Source: Hemiscyllium ocellatum | Taxonomy: Eukaryota | DNA: 64,000 bases | Direction: 5' to 3' | NCBI RefSeq assembly: GCF_020745735.1 | Contig: NW_026867788.1 | Location: 351,584 to 415,583, forward strand | Shown here: piece by piece, positions 50,391-64,000 of the stretch | How positions within the stretch are numbered: the first letter of the stretch is position 1 | Layout: every line of letters begins with the position of its first letter | The notes under the pieces: generated by a model | Database searches by the model: none | The model's input: only the letters and a program-made list of their open reading frames with translations | What the model was told of the DNA's origin: nothing | Program-made: the position numbers and the translations under genes

Positions 50391-52159
50391 TTAACATGGA
50401 GATATACACATCTTGGGATATTTGTTTTGCTGAATAGCTTCTTTAGACGTTTTTTTTAAATGGTGGAAGTAAATTTGAGTAGCTTCCGGTCTGCTTCAGA
50501 TATAGTCGCAAGTATTTTGTTTCAAAAAAACAAAACGAATTAAATTGAAATTTAGCTCCCTTTATTTCAGCGTTCATCCACAAGCAGATAAAACTAAAAC
50601 TAAAGTTCAAAGATGTTGCTAGCTAATTAAATAGTTGAGTCTTTTTTCCTCTGGACACTGAAATTCTATGTTGCACTACAAAATAGCATGTAATTCATGC
50701 GAAACATTTCGAAATTCACTTTAGGCAATTGAATACAGAGCGTGTCCAAAGTGATTATATTTACAATATTCAATTAGAAGTTAATTCCCTTTAATTCTGC
50801 ATTCAACCACAAGCAGATAAAACTAAAAAGAACTTCAATAATACTATTAGCCAACAAAGTAGTGACTTTATTTTTGCTGTCCCTCAAAGTCTCTCTGACA
50901 TTACAAATTAATATTTCATTACAAATCAGCGTTTCTAAATTCAATGTAGGCAACATAATATGGAGCATGTCTGAAGTGATTATGTTGAGAATGTGAGTAC
51001 ATGTCACGAAACAGTTTGGACCCCGAGATTAGAAGTACCTCCTTACATTGCAGAATGTCTCTCCTTGCATCTTTTTTTTCTAATTGCTCCGACCCTAAAA
51101 TGCATCGTAAAGGAAAGCTGTGTGCCTGAGAACCAAAAAATGATTTGGCAGTGATACCAAACACCCAGGTAACCTTTTGACAGAGCATCTAATGAACTGG
51201 AACAGGCCAGTCCATGAGTTAAAAGTAAATCATCAACATGTAAACCATTGTAGGTAACTGTCTTGTACGTCAGGAGTGTTTGGTTAATTTAGATAGTATT
51301 ACAATAATTATTACCATGAATGTAGGTTATAAACAGTACATTAATCTGTTCACTGGTGGCTCTGACATGGGCAGTTAACTCGTAAATATCAGCAATAACT
51401 CGCCGTTACACTACATTAGTATTAACCATGTATAACGGGTCCTTCTAGTTTTAAAGAGATGCATGAATCAGAGGATGGTGCAACGAGTGATGTGAGTTTT
51501 AACCAATTCAAGTGTGTTAATTTACTTTGAGATGATAATAAATGATACTGCAATGTGCGATATGGGATTCATTAACTTCATATTCAGGAGCTTTTAAGAT
51601 ACTCAATAAACAGGCTGAACTAACCAGAACGTCATTGCATTCAATTTCCTGTTTTCTGGCAGTCTTACATTGAATGCTGTATTCAGTGACTTTCCTTTTT
51701 AAAGAAGAAATGCTACATGAAATTTGTCCATTGGGAGTAAACGGGCAAATATAATTTGTTCGGTAGAATTTTATCTTGGTTGATTCATTTTCCCTTTAAT
51801 CAGCCAGATACAACGGTTGGCAGCAATTAAGCTGACTGCAGAAAAGGTCCTAGAGTTCCCAGGTTTATTTCCAGGAAGCATCTGAGTTTTTGCAGTGGAT
51901 CAAAGATATTTTTGTCTCACTATTGACCAGTTGGTGGAAAGCCAACTGCGAGCCATAACCACTGCCTTCGCAGAAACAAATCTACACAGCAACAATGCTG
52001 GAGAAAATTGTCTTTTTCAATTTTGTACCTTGGAGAACTCGTCCCACCTCTCATTGAATGAAATATTCGCAGAGTATCGGACACAATCTAAACATCATCA
52101 GGTCATTCGAGGATCACTACAGCACTATTTAATATTGAGAAAATCGTTAAATCGTCTCA

Positions 52160-52457
52160 GAGTCATGGAGTGATACAGCATGGAAACAGACACTTCGGTC
52201 CAACCAGTCCATATCAGTGATAATCCCAAACTAACTGATCCCACCTGTGTGTACTTGGGACATATTCTTCCAAACATTTGTTACAGGTTTATTTATCCAA
52301 ACGTCTTCTAACAATTTTAACAATACCCATCACCAAATCATCCCACATACAAACCATTCACTGTGAAAAAAGTTGTGTCCGTTATCTTTTTAAAAGTTTT
52401 TCTCCTCTTATTGTAAAAACATGCCCCCTACTGTTGAAATCCCCCACCATACGGAAA
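52160..52457 (-). mobile_element. LINE 3'-end fragment
   Basis: GAGTCATGGAGTGATACAGCATGGAAACAGAC... is the reverse complement of the CR1 tail type seen at 13400-13435. Confidence 0.65.
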
Positions 52458-54606
52458 TAACGCCAATGTCTCTGTCAAAAATTGAAAACAATCCCAGCTC
52501 CAAACATTTACAACATATCACTATGGGTCTTGCATGAGTCCAAAAAGGATTGCCCCCTTCGAACAATGATTTCTAAACTTTGCTTGCGTATCTGTTGTGA
52601 AGGACGTTTTCCAATAACTTCTGAAGTGCAAATTTTTCACATCAATCGGATGAAAGTAACATTTCGTGTGTTACCCCTCACAAAAAAACAAGCACGTTTG
52701 TTGACACGAGTTGCTCTGAGGAAGTTTATGATTGATACTTTTATATAACAAAAACATTTCCAATGTTGTGAGGGCTCATCTATCATCTGTGCAATGGTCT
52801 GAATTTTAACTTTCGTCCAACTGCAGATGAAACTGACTGATCTGTGTAAAAGTACAGTCTGTGCCTTTACATTGTCAATATTTATTGCTGACTTTAGTTG
52901 AATAAATGGATGCTGTCCCTAGCATCGTCTGCCACCATGAATTACACCAGTAATTTCCACATCGCTAGCTGGAATGACAGGTGGAGTTTATTGATATGTG
53001 ATATTTTTGAAACGAAAGCTTTAAAAATTTCCGGAATGAATCATGCCAATTAGATCCATTCAACTTTCCACTCATAGCTTTATAAACTTATATGAGGTCA
53101 CCCCCCGAACTCTCACCTCCAGTGAAAAATGTTCCAGTCTATCTGGATTTCCGACGTTGACTCTGTTCCCTCACATTCTGCTGCTAAAGATCCTCCCGCC
53201 ACCCCAGGTCCATAGAGTGTATTCGTTGTTACTAGTTCAAAGAAAAGAAAGGAAGTTGTCCCAACATATTGTTCAACTTTATTTGGCTTCGAATACCATA
53301 AAAAATAAATGTTCATGTTATTGCTGCTTGATGGGAGAATGCCATGTACACTGAATCTGCTGAAATACCTCCAGCACCATCCTGAATCTGGTTCGCAGAT
53401 TCACCTGTTGCTTACAAATGAAAGTACATATCAAGGAACAGTGAATATCGTCCACCAGCTACATACGCCCCCAATCCTCCCCGACCTGTACTTTGCACTT
53501 TGGAAATCCGTATTGTAAATAATCAGTTAGAAGAAGTGTTTATTTAAATAAAACTTGCTTAATTCATGTTGCTGATCTTGGCTGAATAAACGTATGCTGC
53601 TGTCAGCATTTCTGGGGAAATTATCTGCATTTTTTTCATGTCGGTTTACATTGATGTTAAGTAACGAATCGTCAAAATGTCTTGAGAAACAACGTTTAGA
53701 AATGGGCCCATTTGCTCCCCAGGCATGCACCAACTGTTTGAATGTTGATACAATTTTGCCCCGACTTTTTCCCCAAAAAACATGATTTACAGCATTTGAA
53801 ATCATATCTATGTTGATATTGGATTAGACCCTAAGCAATGTTCACGAATCTTTATTTCAAGTGCTACCACCTGCAGGGTTACAGACAAAATGCTACAAAG
53901 TGAGTGTCGGCTGGAAGGGTCTGTTTTCAGGTGGCACAGGTGCGATGGGTGAAGTGATCCCTCTCTGTCATGAAAGCTTTCTACAACTCTAAATCTATCT
54001 TTCCTCCTTTGTCTAATTAAGAGGATGCAATTCACATGGTTTATACCGGAAACAATCCAAGCCTTCGTTTCAATTATATCACAAATCAATAAACACCACC
54101 TGATACTCTGGCTTGCGATGTGGATATTAATGGTCTAATTAATACTGACAGATGATGCCTGGGACAACATTCATTTATTCAACCATAGGCAGCATTATAA
54201 ATTAATAATGTGAAAAGCACAAACTGTAATTTTACCCAGTTTCCCCTGCAGTCAGACACACAATTCAGACCATTGCACAAAAGGTAGATGAGCCCTCACA
54301 ACATTGGAAATGATTTTGTTTGATAAAAGAATCAATCTTAGACTTCCTTAGAGCAACTTGTTTCAAGAAAGTTGCTTGATTATTTTTATGTGTGGTAACA
54401 TACGAACTGTTACTTTATTCTGACTGATGTGAACCATTTGCACTTCAGGTTATTTGAATATATTCACAGCATATACGTGAGCAAATTTTAGTAATCATTG
54501 ATTCAAAGGGGACTATTTTTCTTTGGACTCAAGCAAGATCCATAGTGATATTTTGTAATGTTTTGAGCTGTGATTGCTTTAAATGTTTGACTAAGATATT
54601 GGCGTA
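52458..54606. repeat. Imperfect palindrome: ~580-bp inverted arms (52458-53045 and 54035-54606) around a ~1-kb spacer
   Basis: Example: CATTTCCAATGTTGTGAGGGCTCATCTA near 52755 and its reverse complement near 54285-54312. Continuous similarity along both arms. Confidence 0.85.
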
Positions 54607-55169
54607 AAGTACAAAACCTCACCATTTACTCTAACATGAAACTAGCAACCACTGTGAACCAGGAAGACGATGGTTCAGAATTTAACAAGGCCCTAGCAAG
54701 GTTCGTGTAATGGACAGACAAGTGATACATGACATTTACCAAAAGCATTTATGAAATGATTAATTTAGATCGGAAGAATGCAAGAACACAAATACACGGC
54801 TCTGGCTGCATTTCAATATACTATCAATTACTTTTCGACTACAAATTAAAATAATTGTGTCTTTGTTTATACTTAATACACCCTATCTTGTTCCGGGGCT
54901 AAGATAGTTTTTTTTTAAATTTATTTCACTCAAGAATATATATACAAACACACACACACACACACACACATATATATGCTGCATTTTGCCTCTGTTTGGA
55001 CCAAACTTGGTTTGGTGTCAGCTTGTATCACTCGAGCTGCTTTTTCAGGAAGTGAATCTCTCCATCTGTTATGTCAAAATACACTGTTCCTGCTTTTATC
55101 GAAATAAATCCTGACCATACCATTTAAATTCAGAACCAGTTATCTTGTATTTATTCAGTGGAAATGAAC

Positions 55170-56205
55170 AGAATATGAACAGCCTGTTATTGATCGGTGG
55201 GAGAGGGAGTTAAAGTGTTCAGAAAAGGGGCCGTGGGGTTGATTGGCGCAGGTGTCTCAGAGATGTTCTTTGAAATGATCCACAAGTTGACATCCTGTCT
55301 CCCTGATGTAGATGACACCAAATCTGGTGGTACAGACTCAGACGGAGGTGAGGGGGAGGCGTAGGCGCAGGTTTTACACTTCCTTCGGTGGCAGGGGAAG
55401 ATGACGGGGTGGGGAGTGGGCTGGTGGCGGGCGTGGACCTGACGAGGGAGTCGTGGAGGGAATGCTGTCTGCAGAATGCAGATAGTGGTAGGGAGGGAAA
55501 TATACCCCAAGTAATGGGGTCTGCTTGCAGGTGGTGGAAGTGGTGGAGGATGATATGATATATGCAAGGTCATTGCGGTGAAGGTGACGACCAAGAGGGC
55601 TCCCTGCTGCGATTGGAGGGGGTGCGGGTTTCCAGGGCATTGTCGACCAGGTGGGAGGGGAAATTGTAGTCTTTGAAAAATGAGGTTATCTAGTACGTTC
55701 TATGGTGGAATTGGTCCTCCTGGGAGCAGATGCGGTGGAGGCAAGGGAATTGAGAAGAAGGGATTTTTTTTACAGAAGGTAGGGTGGGAGGAGATGTCGT
55801 CCAAGTAGCTGTGGGAGTCAGTGGGCTTGTAGTAAATGTTTAGTCGTTAATTCGTGATGGAGATGGAGTGGTCTAGGAATGGGAGGGAGTGTCCCAGATG
55901 GTCCCTGTGAAGTTGAGGTCAGGGTGGAATGTTTTAGTGAAGTTGATGCACTGTTCAAACTCCGAGATGAAATGGCGCTGATACAGTCATCAATGTAGCG
56001 GAGGTAAAGGTGGGCAATGGTACCGGTGTAGCTGTGGAAGATTGACTGTTTCACATATCCGACGAAGAGGCAGGCATAGCTTGGGCCCATCCGGGTGCCC
56101 ATGTCTACTCCTTTAGGTTGGAGGTAATGAGAAGATTGGAAGTAAAAGTAGTTGACAGTTGAGCTGTTCAGCCAAGTGAATGAGAGTGTGAGAGGCAGGG
56201 TACTG
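55170..56205 (-). mobile_element. Penelope-like element fragment (RT and GIY-YIG region), degenerate
   Basis: GVDMGTRMGPSYACLFVGY...LYLRYIDDC (Penelope RT) and FPCHRRKCKTC (pre-endonuclease Cys knuckle). Confidence 0.9.
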
Positions 56206-58329
56206 CTTGCGTTAGTGTAACAGGAAAAACTGGTGAGCTTCAAGGCCTGTGTCATGGTGTTTGCATGTGTACAAGGCCTTGTCATTCTGTTCATTCTGGG
56301 GCTTATCAATAGCTCGCACTTTTTATGGAACTGCAAGGACAATGGCTGGTAACTCAGAAAAAACAATGTTTTAGACTTCCGCTTGAAGCAAATTTTGACC
56401 AGAACGTTAAATACCACAAAGCTCACTGTGGGAAATGTCAGTGACTTCAAATTTTAAGAATATTTGAAACTCTGTTAAAACTAGGCATTTTCAATCATAG
56501 TTTCTGAAATAATCGAGAAAATACTTAGCCGTTAGAATTAGCCCTTTCAACTATGATTTGCAAAGTTTGAAGCTATACAGTGCTGTGCTTTATTTCAATT
56601 CAATGTCGGTCAGCGTTAGACAAGACGAGGTGATCTCTCCATATATGGATTCTGTTAATCGGACACACCGACATACCTGTCTCTACGAAATTGTTTGCTT
56701 AATTGATGAAAATCTATTAATAGATCAAACAGAATGTATTCAGCTGGGGAGGTGATAGATACAGAAAACAGAATCTAAAACTGGGAACATTAAATCTGAA
56801 GTGAGAGTAACAAGAAGTTCCTCAAAGACAGGAATAGGTGCAGTCGATATGTTCCAGACGGTGGTGATTCGAATGGGTTTGTTACATAGTCGGGAGACTC
56901 GTCCAATGACGTCCTGGTATCGGACCACAAAACAGCGATTGAAAGGTCGTTTCAATGCACATTTTACACTTTGTGCCCTGATATAGGCCACATTGGCAGA
57001 TGTTTCCGCCAGATTGTGTCCCCTGAGTTTATTTTCTGATGAGAAGTGAGATGTTTGCTAGCTGCTGGCACATACAAACAGGAAGTTGTGTGTCAGCTGA
57101 GAATGATACACCAGGCGCTACATTCTGTATTATCAGCACAAACAGTCATCTTGCCTCTGTGGGTGAACACACAGACAGTATCAAGAACAAACGGCTGTTG
57201 GCCTCAAAATTACATTCAATTCGATTCCCTTTTTCCAGAATAAAAACGAAGCGTCAAAAGATTATTTAAGTCATAATAAATTACCTATCTGAGAGATACG
57301 AAGAGTTACCATTGGGCCAAAGGAGGTAAACGACAATATGTAGTTTCGCTCATAAATCTATGTTTAAAAGTAGAAAGCATGAGGGAAGTTAATAAATAAA
57401 TCTAAGAGACAGCATTCATTAACAGTTGGAATTGCAAGTTTTAAACATTAAAATTCAGCATGTCTTTGGTGGAAGTGATATCATATCGGACATGGTTGAT
57501 TCTGCTTTCCGAAGAGGTAATGAGATTTGTCAACGAGTGTCAAAAATGAATGAAATGCTTCTTGACTTCAATGAGGTTTTTGACAAGAGCTTGTATCTTC
57601 AGTAAAGTAAAGAGTTCATGGGATCTTTTGCAGTTTGGCAAATGCATCGAAGGTTTAGTTGGTGGCAGAAGGTCGAGGGTAATGGTCGACGGTAATCTTT
57701 ATGAAGACATATCTTGTCCAGTGGCTTGTTATAAGACTTTGTGTTGGATTCTTTGCTGTTTGCAGTGTATATTAATGATCTCGTCAAGAATGTAGCAATT
57801 TTGATGAGTAAGATCAAAGATAAGGTGAAAAACGTTTAGTTTTGCAATTGAGGAGGAGGAAATCCTTGGAATACAGTATGACATCGATGACTTGCCTTTC
57901 CGACAGAAGAATGAATTGAAAACGAAATATTATATCCTGAGGTCTGTGAAATAAAGCATTTTCGAGACTAACAATTTAAGCAAATATACGATGCACAGTT
58001 GGAACCTACAAAACACAAAAGGTAAGCGATCTCTTGTTGTGCATAGCCACATCATGTGGTGAGTTAGGTGTGGACGATAGTTTCCAGGTATTGTGGTTTG
58101 ACTATTAATTCAGGAAACTCGGGTCTCAGACCGCAGTGCTGCCACATCAGGTCGTGAATTATGGTTTTTAATTAAACAACTCATTCGAGGAATAGGTTCC
58201 ACAGATATTCCCATGCTCTGTGATAGATAGCATAACATATCAGTGCAAAATGTAAGGCTGCAGCATTCACAACAATCTTTAGCATGAAGTGCCAATTGTA
58301 TTATCCATCTTGGCATCTTCCAATGACCA

Positions 58330-59760
58330 CCAATATTACAGATACCTGTCTTCAGGGAAATTGCTTCCCTCCATGTGATTTCAAGACATTGTTGGGACTC
58401 TCGTTACTGCAAATGCTATGGAGCCTGACAAAATTATTACAATAATACTGTTGACTTCTGCTAGCCAAGCAGTCCCAGTACAGCTACTACACTGGAATCG
58501 ACTCGACAACATGGAAAATAGGTCAGGCATGTCCTGTGCACTGAAAATAGGACAAACCATCCTGACGAATTACTGCCCCATCAGTCCAAGCCCAATCTTG
58601 AGTTAGGTGTAGGAAGGTGCTATCAACGATGCTATCAAGCAACAATGGCCCAGCAATAATCTGCTCGGTGATGCTCAATGTGGATTAGAAAGGCCAACTC
58701 AGCTCTTGTCTGAATTACAGACTTGATGCAAACATGGAGAAAGAACTGAATTCCAGAAATGATGGGAGAGTGACAGCCTTTGATAATCAAGTCAAATTTG
58801 ACAGAGTAAGGTATTATGGAGCCCTGGCAAAACTGGAATCAATGGATATTAAGTGACAAACTCCCCGCTGCCTGGACAGACATTGGACGATGGTTCTGGT
58901 TGCTGAAGGTCACTCAATTCAGCCGAAGCAAATCTCTGTCAGAGTTCTTCAAGAAAGTGTCCTCGGGCCATCCATCTTCAGCTAATTCATCAATGACATT
59001 TCCTCCATCAGATGGTTAGAAATGAAAAGTGCACTTTTTTTGACTCCTCGCACACGGAATTAGTCCACAGTCAAATGCCAGAAGATCTGTACAATATCCA
59101 TACTTGTGCTGACAATTGGCAAGTAGCATTCACACCACAAAACTGCCAGACAATAATCAGCGACCATCAGAGACAATCTAACTAAAACCCCATGATATTG
59201 TTACCATTATTGAATCTCTCACCATCAACATCCTGGGTTTTTTTGTTGATTAGAAATTGAATTGGAAACTTCATATAAATACATTGGTTGTAAGAGCAGG
59301 CCAGAGGCTAGGATTACTGCAGCGAGTAACTCACCCTCCTGACTCGCATAAAGAATTGACTGTAGAAAAGACAGAAGTCAGGACTGTAATAGCACAGCTC
59401 TACCTTTTATTGGATAGGAGCATGTTTAACTGCTGTCAAGAAGCTTGGCAATGTCCAGGACAAAGCATCCCACTTGATCAGCAGCATGTTCACAAGCGTC
59501 CATTGCCCCAGATCTGATGTTCAGTTCCTGCCATATGCATTATCTAAAAAACTACACTGCAGTCATTTGGCCACTTCCTTAGAGAGTAACTTCCTACTCC
59601 CAATTGCAACTCGAAAAACAAGAGCAGGAGATACATGGGAATAACAGAACTGTAAGCTCCTCTCTAAACCACTCTGCATCTTGACATGGAAATATATCAT
59701 CTATCCTTTACTGTAGCTGGGTCAAAATCTGGCATTCCCTTCCTCAGGGCACGTTGAACA
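58330..59760 (+). mobile_element. L2-like LINE fragment, degenerate
   Basis: NYCPIS motif (58418-58606) and NWKLHINTLVVRAGQRLGLLQRV (59257-59517). Same family as 17090-17620. Confidence 0.75.
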
Positions 59761-62569
59761 TGGTATTTCAGAAACGCAACTTAATGCTATCTTCTGAAGG
59801 ATACCGACAAACGGCTAATAACAACCACCACATCCCATGAGTCAATAAAATAACTATTCGTCGCAAACATGATAGCTCGATTAAGTGTTTGAGGGGGCAT
59901 TACGAGTACTTAATAAACAATCAAAAAGCTTGGAGTAAAGTTCCAGAATCAAGATTTCAACCTCTAGCATGGCAACTTTAATTAATGAAAGGATTTGAAA
60001 TGAAACTGCTGGTGTAATGAACGATAATCACAGACTTACCACAGTTTTGATGCACATTACATGTTCCAGTATTGTCCTTCAGAGGGGAACGTCTGCCCTG
60101 TCGACTTGGCCTGGCCTACCAGTCCAACAATAAGATGACGGTTCCTTTCCTGTGCCAAATCTGACTCAGAAATCCATTAGCATAAAGTGAGGACTGCATA
60201 TGTTGGAGCTCAAAGTCGAGAGTGCAATGCTGGAAAAGCACAGCAGATTAGGCAGCATTAGGTATCCTAATTAAGGGATTATGCCCGAAACATCAATTCT
60301 TCTGCTCGTCGGATTGTGCCTGATCTGCTGTACTTTTCCAGCACGACACTCTCGAATAAGAAGTCAATCAGTTGTAATAAATCTTCTTCAGAAAGATCAA
60401 CCATAATTACCCAAGCAAGATGGTAGGCTTTCAAAAAAGTAGCTGATGACCACCTTCTTGAGATATGTGACTGACATTTTCATATTTCAAACAAGAAGTC
60501 AAAAAGTGGAATTTGTGGTGGAGTATGGAAATCTGAAAGAGAAGCAGAATACAAATGTGGGAATTATGTAGCAAGGGAGTCAGGCTGCTCAGACAGTCCG
60601 ATAGAGATTTTAAGATAAATGATTGGATGAATGGTCTCCTGTGACGTTGCTGTAAACAGAAATATAACTCTTGCCATTATTCCAGTCCAATATTGGTTCA
60701 TTATACAAAGTGTCCGTATTATTGCATTTCTGTTTGTGACCGCTTTCCGTGCATGCCTCCTGCATTTCCAAAATTAGGAACACAGTGGTGATATCACGAG
60801 ACCAGTTTTCCCGAACTCAATTTTGATGCTGAATGGACAGGGTTTGGAATACCATCGTTTTCCCAGGGTGAAATTCGAATTCAAAGAAATCATGGAATCA
60901 GAAAAAAAGCCGAATGGTGGCAATGTTATCAAAGTCAATGGAAAAAATACAAAATCAGCTGGTTCACTAATGAATTAGGAAAGTCGTCTATCGCCTTTAC
61001 CTGATCTGGCCGACATGAGATTCCGGAGCAATCGGGAAGTAATTCATTGCGTTCTGAAGTGGCCTTCACAAGCTATACAATGGGCGTTCGGGGATAGGGA
61101 CTCATTGCTGACCTTGCCAGCAATGTCAACATTTTAGGAAAGAATATAAGAAAATATATGCGTGATGAAACCTAGCAACAACTATATCAATAATGCTTGA
61201 TGATATCTCGCAACAACTACATCAATTAAATGTAGTTGTTGCGGCAGTTCCTGATGTCACTTCAAATATTTTACATGAATATTCTAAAATGCACTTTGAG
61301 CTGTGTTGCACCTTTTGATATTTTCCTGTCTAAACGGACTACAATATAAATCAATGGGACATTCAGAGTAGTTGGACAGAGACGTTTAATTGCAGAACTT
61401 TCAGAACGGAATTCTTAATCTAAATAAAAGTGTTAAATTGTGTTTAATTTCCTGAAATAAATAGCATCTCTTACAATTAATGTTCATTAATTTGTATTCC
61501 TTTCTGCAAACTGTCAACATTCTTAAATAAACTTGTTTCGAATTAAAACTTACCAGTAAATTATTTCGTTCATCTGGCTTTGCTGTCATCAACACTTCCA
61601 TGAAACCAATTAAGCATTTCTGTAACTTAACACAGAAATAGAACTCTCAGAATAGATTACAGAACAACAAAACCCCAATTTGTATTTCCCCACAAACACA
61701 AAGCACGATTATTGGCAAAAAATGCAAATAACTGAATGCATTCCAATAGTAATTTATGTTGGACCGTTTTGATACATAGGATGTATGATTCTTAAATGAC
61801 AGAGGTATCAATTGTCATGTTTAGTCAAAAAAAATTAAGAGATATATTGGCACAACCAATGTTTCAGTCTCTCTCTTTCTCTCTTCCCCTCCTGCCTTGC
61901 CCCCTTTTGTCTTTAAAGCTGATGTCTTGTTTTGCCTCTCCACAGTCAGTCAAGGTTTTCCTCAATAACATGAAGTCAACACCTCATCAACATATCCTCT
62001 CAGCCAAATTCATCCTTTTCTTCACAGTGATTTGAATCAGTAGGGCAAGATGTTCTCGAAAATCTGTCTGAGTATTGAGTGACTGTAAATGGTTGAGACT
62101 GCAAAACTTTACTGTGTTAGTGTTATCATTTTATCTCACCAGTATAATTCTTGGCTGAGGAATGTTTAATGGCTCAGCGTAATGCATATTTAGCCTATAT
62201 TTAACCTTTTCTGCATATCTCATGGAATGTTTAATATTCTACAAGGCGATTTATTCTGTATCGATTCTGTGTTGTGCCTGCTCTGGGAGGATTTTTTTCA
62301 GGGAATCCTGGATGCAGTTCTACTATAAACCAAAATGTATTTGATATGATGCATTGGACAGTGCAATATGGAGGGAGATTTACCCAGCACATACATCGAC
62401 TGTACAATCATGGAAATCATTTGATGTAGCAGTGTAAAGGGGCTTGAACCCCTACTCTTGTCTTTCTGATTTTGTAATGTTGAGTAGCTTATAATGAACA
62501 GGCACACTCATGCACACACACATATGCAAAATATCTTTGAACAACCGTTTCAGTGTTGAATGGATGAGT

Positions 62570-64000
62570 GCTGTGAGAGCTTTAATGGTTTGAATTTTGG
62601 GTCTGACTGCAGGTGAAACTGGGTAAAAGCACAGTTTGTGCTTTTCGATTTGTTAATTAATATTGCTGACTTTAGTTGAATAAAGGAATGTTGTCTTAGG
62701 CATCATCTGGCACCATTAATTAGACCATTATTTTCCACATCGCGAGCTGGAGTGTCAGGTGGAATTTATAGACATGTGACATCATTAAAACGAAGGCTTG
62801 GAATGTTTCCGGAATGAATCATTTGAATTAGAGCCTCTGAATTAGACAAAGTAGGCAAGATGAATTTAGAGTTGTAGAAATCTTTCACGACAATGAGAGA
62901 CCGCTTCGCCCATCGCACCTGTGCCACCTGAAAACAGACCTTTCCAGCTGACACCCACTTTAAAGTATGTTGTCCACAAACCTGTTGGTGATCGCACTTC
63001 AAGTAAATATTTGGGAACATTGCGTAGGGTCTAATCCACTTTCATCATAGATATGATTTCCAATGTTGTAAATCCTGGCTTATGGGGAAAAAGAAGGGGT
63101 AGATGTTTCTCAAGACGTTTTGAGTATTCTTGACTTAAAGGAGAAAAATGCAGACATTTTCCCCAGAAATGGTGATAGCAACGTACGTTTGTTTAGCCAA
63201 GATCAGCAACATGAATCAATGGAAATGACATGTGAAAAATGCAGACATGCTCTCCAGAAAAGCTGACAGCAACATACGTTTATCTTGCCAAGATCAGCAA
63301 CATGAAGTAAATAAGTTTTAAAAACCACTTCCGATTAATTGATTATTAAAAATATGCAATTCACAAAGTGCAAAGTACAGGGGAGGTTGTGTGTGTCGGT
63401 GGGTTGTTGTGGGGATGGGCAATGTTCACTGTTCCCTGATGCCCACTTGCGTATGTGAGCAGCAGGTGAACCTGCAAATCAGGTTCAGGATGGTGCTGCA
63501 TGTATTTCAGCAAATACTGGCACATTGCATTCTCCAATAAATCAGCAATAACATGAATATTTATTTTTGAAGCCAAATAAAATTAAACAATATAGTGGGA
63601 CAACTTCCTTTCACTTCTTTGAACTCGTATCAAGGGACGCTGTCTGTGGACCTGGGGCGGCAGGAGGATCTTTAACAACGGAATGTGCGGGAACAGAATC
63701 AATGTTGGAAATCCAGATAGACTTGAACATTTTTCACTGGAGGTTGAGAGTTCGGGGTTGGGAGTGACTACATGTAAGTTTATAAAGCCATGAGTGGAAT
63801 GGCGAATAGCTCTTCTTGACATGATTCATACCGGAAATTTTCAAAGCTTTCGTTTCAAAGCATCACATATCAATAAACTGTACATGACACCAGCGATGTG
63901 GAAATTAATGGTGTATATGATGGTGCCAAACGATGCCTGGTACAACGTCCCTCCAATCAAATAAAGTCAGCAATAAATATTAACAATGTGAAAGACTCAA
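62570..64000 (-). repeat. Inverted paralog of the 52.8-54.3 kb palindrome core
   Basis: 62570-63100 matches the reverse complement of 54280-53760; 63300-64000 matches the reverse complement of 53600-52860. Runs off the window end. Confidence 0.88.

Overview
Eukaryotic, repeat-rich DNA from a cartilaginous fish (shark; inferred from the IgM sequence type and the HE1-like SINE, CR1 LINE and Penelope content). The main host feature is a decayed IgM heavy-chain mini-cluster on the minus strand: leader (50122-50167), VH (about 49716-49993), JH (49140-49185), a 9.8-kb intron, Cmu1 (39056-39351), TM1 (38357-38485) and TM2 (38209-38217). It is unusual in two ways. Cmu2-Cmu4 and the secretory tail are absent, with Cmu1 only 570 bp from TM1. 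V and J are only about 0.5 kb apart with a 12-spacer RSS-like motif right after V, which suggests germline VD joining. Every segment except TM2 carries disabling lesions. Left of a 500-N gap, two old paralogous blocks (about 1-15 kb and 24-35 kb) form a roughly 24-kb-period tandem duplication with independent TE insertions, a GPR139-like GPCR exon-1 remnant and a conserved 17-nt exon-like unit. A young Penelope pLTR-only insertion (549-2424, 15-bp TSD) carries five tandem and one inverted minimal hammerhead-ribozyme motifs. Upstream of VH is a 2.1-kb imperfect palindrome that is itself duplicated in inverted orientation at the window end. No intact host protein-coding gene, rRNA, tRNA or CRISPR array is supported. 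Percent identities quoted are eyeball estimates, and TE boundaries are approximate.
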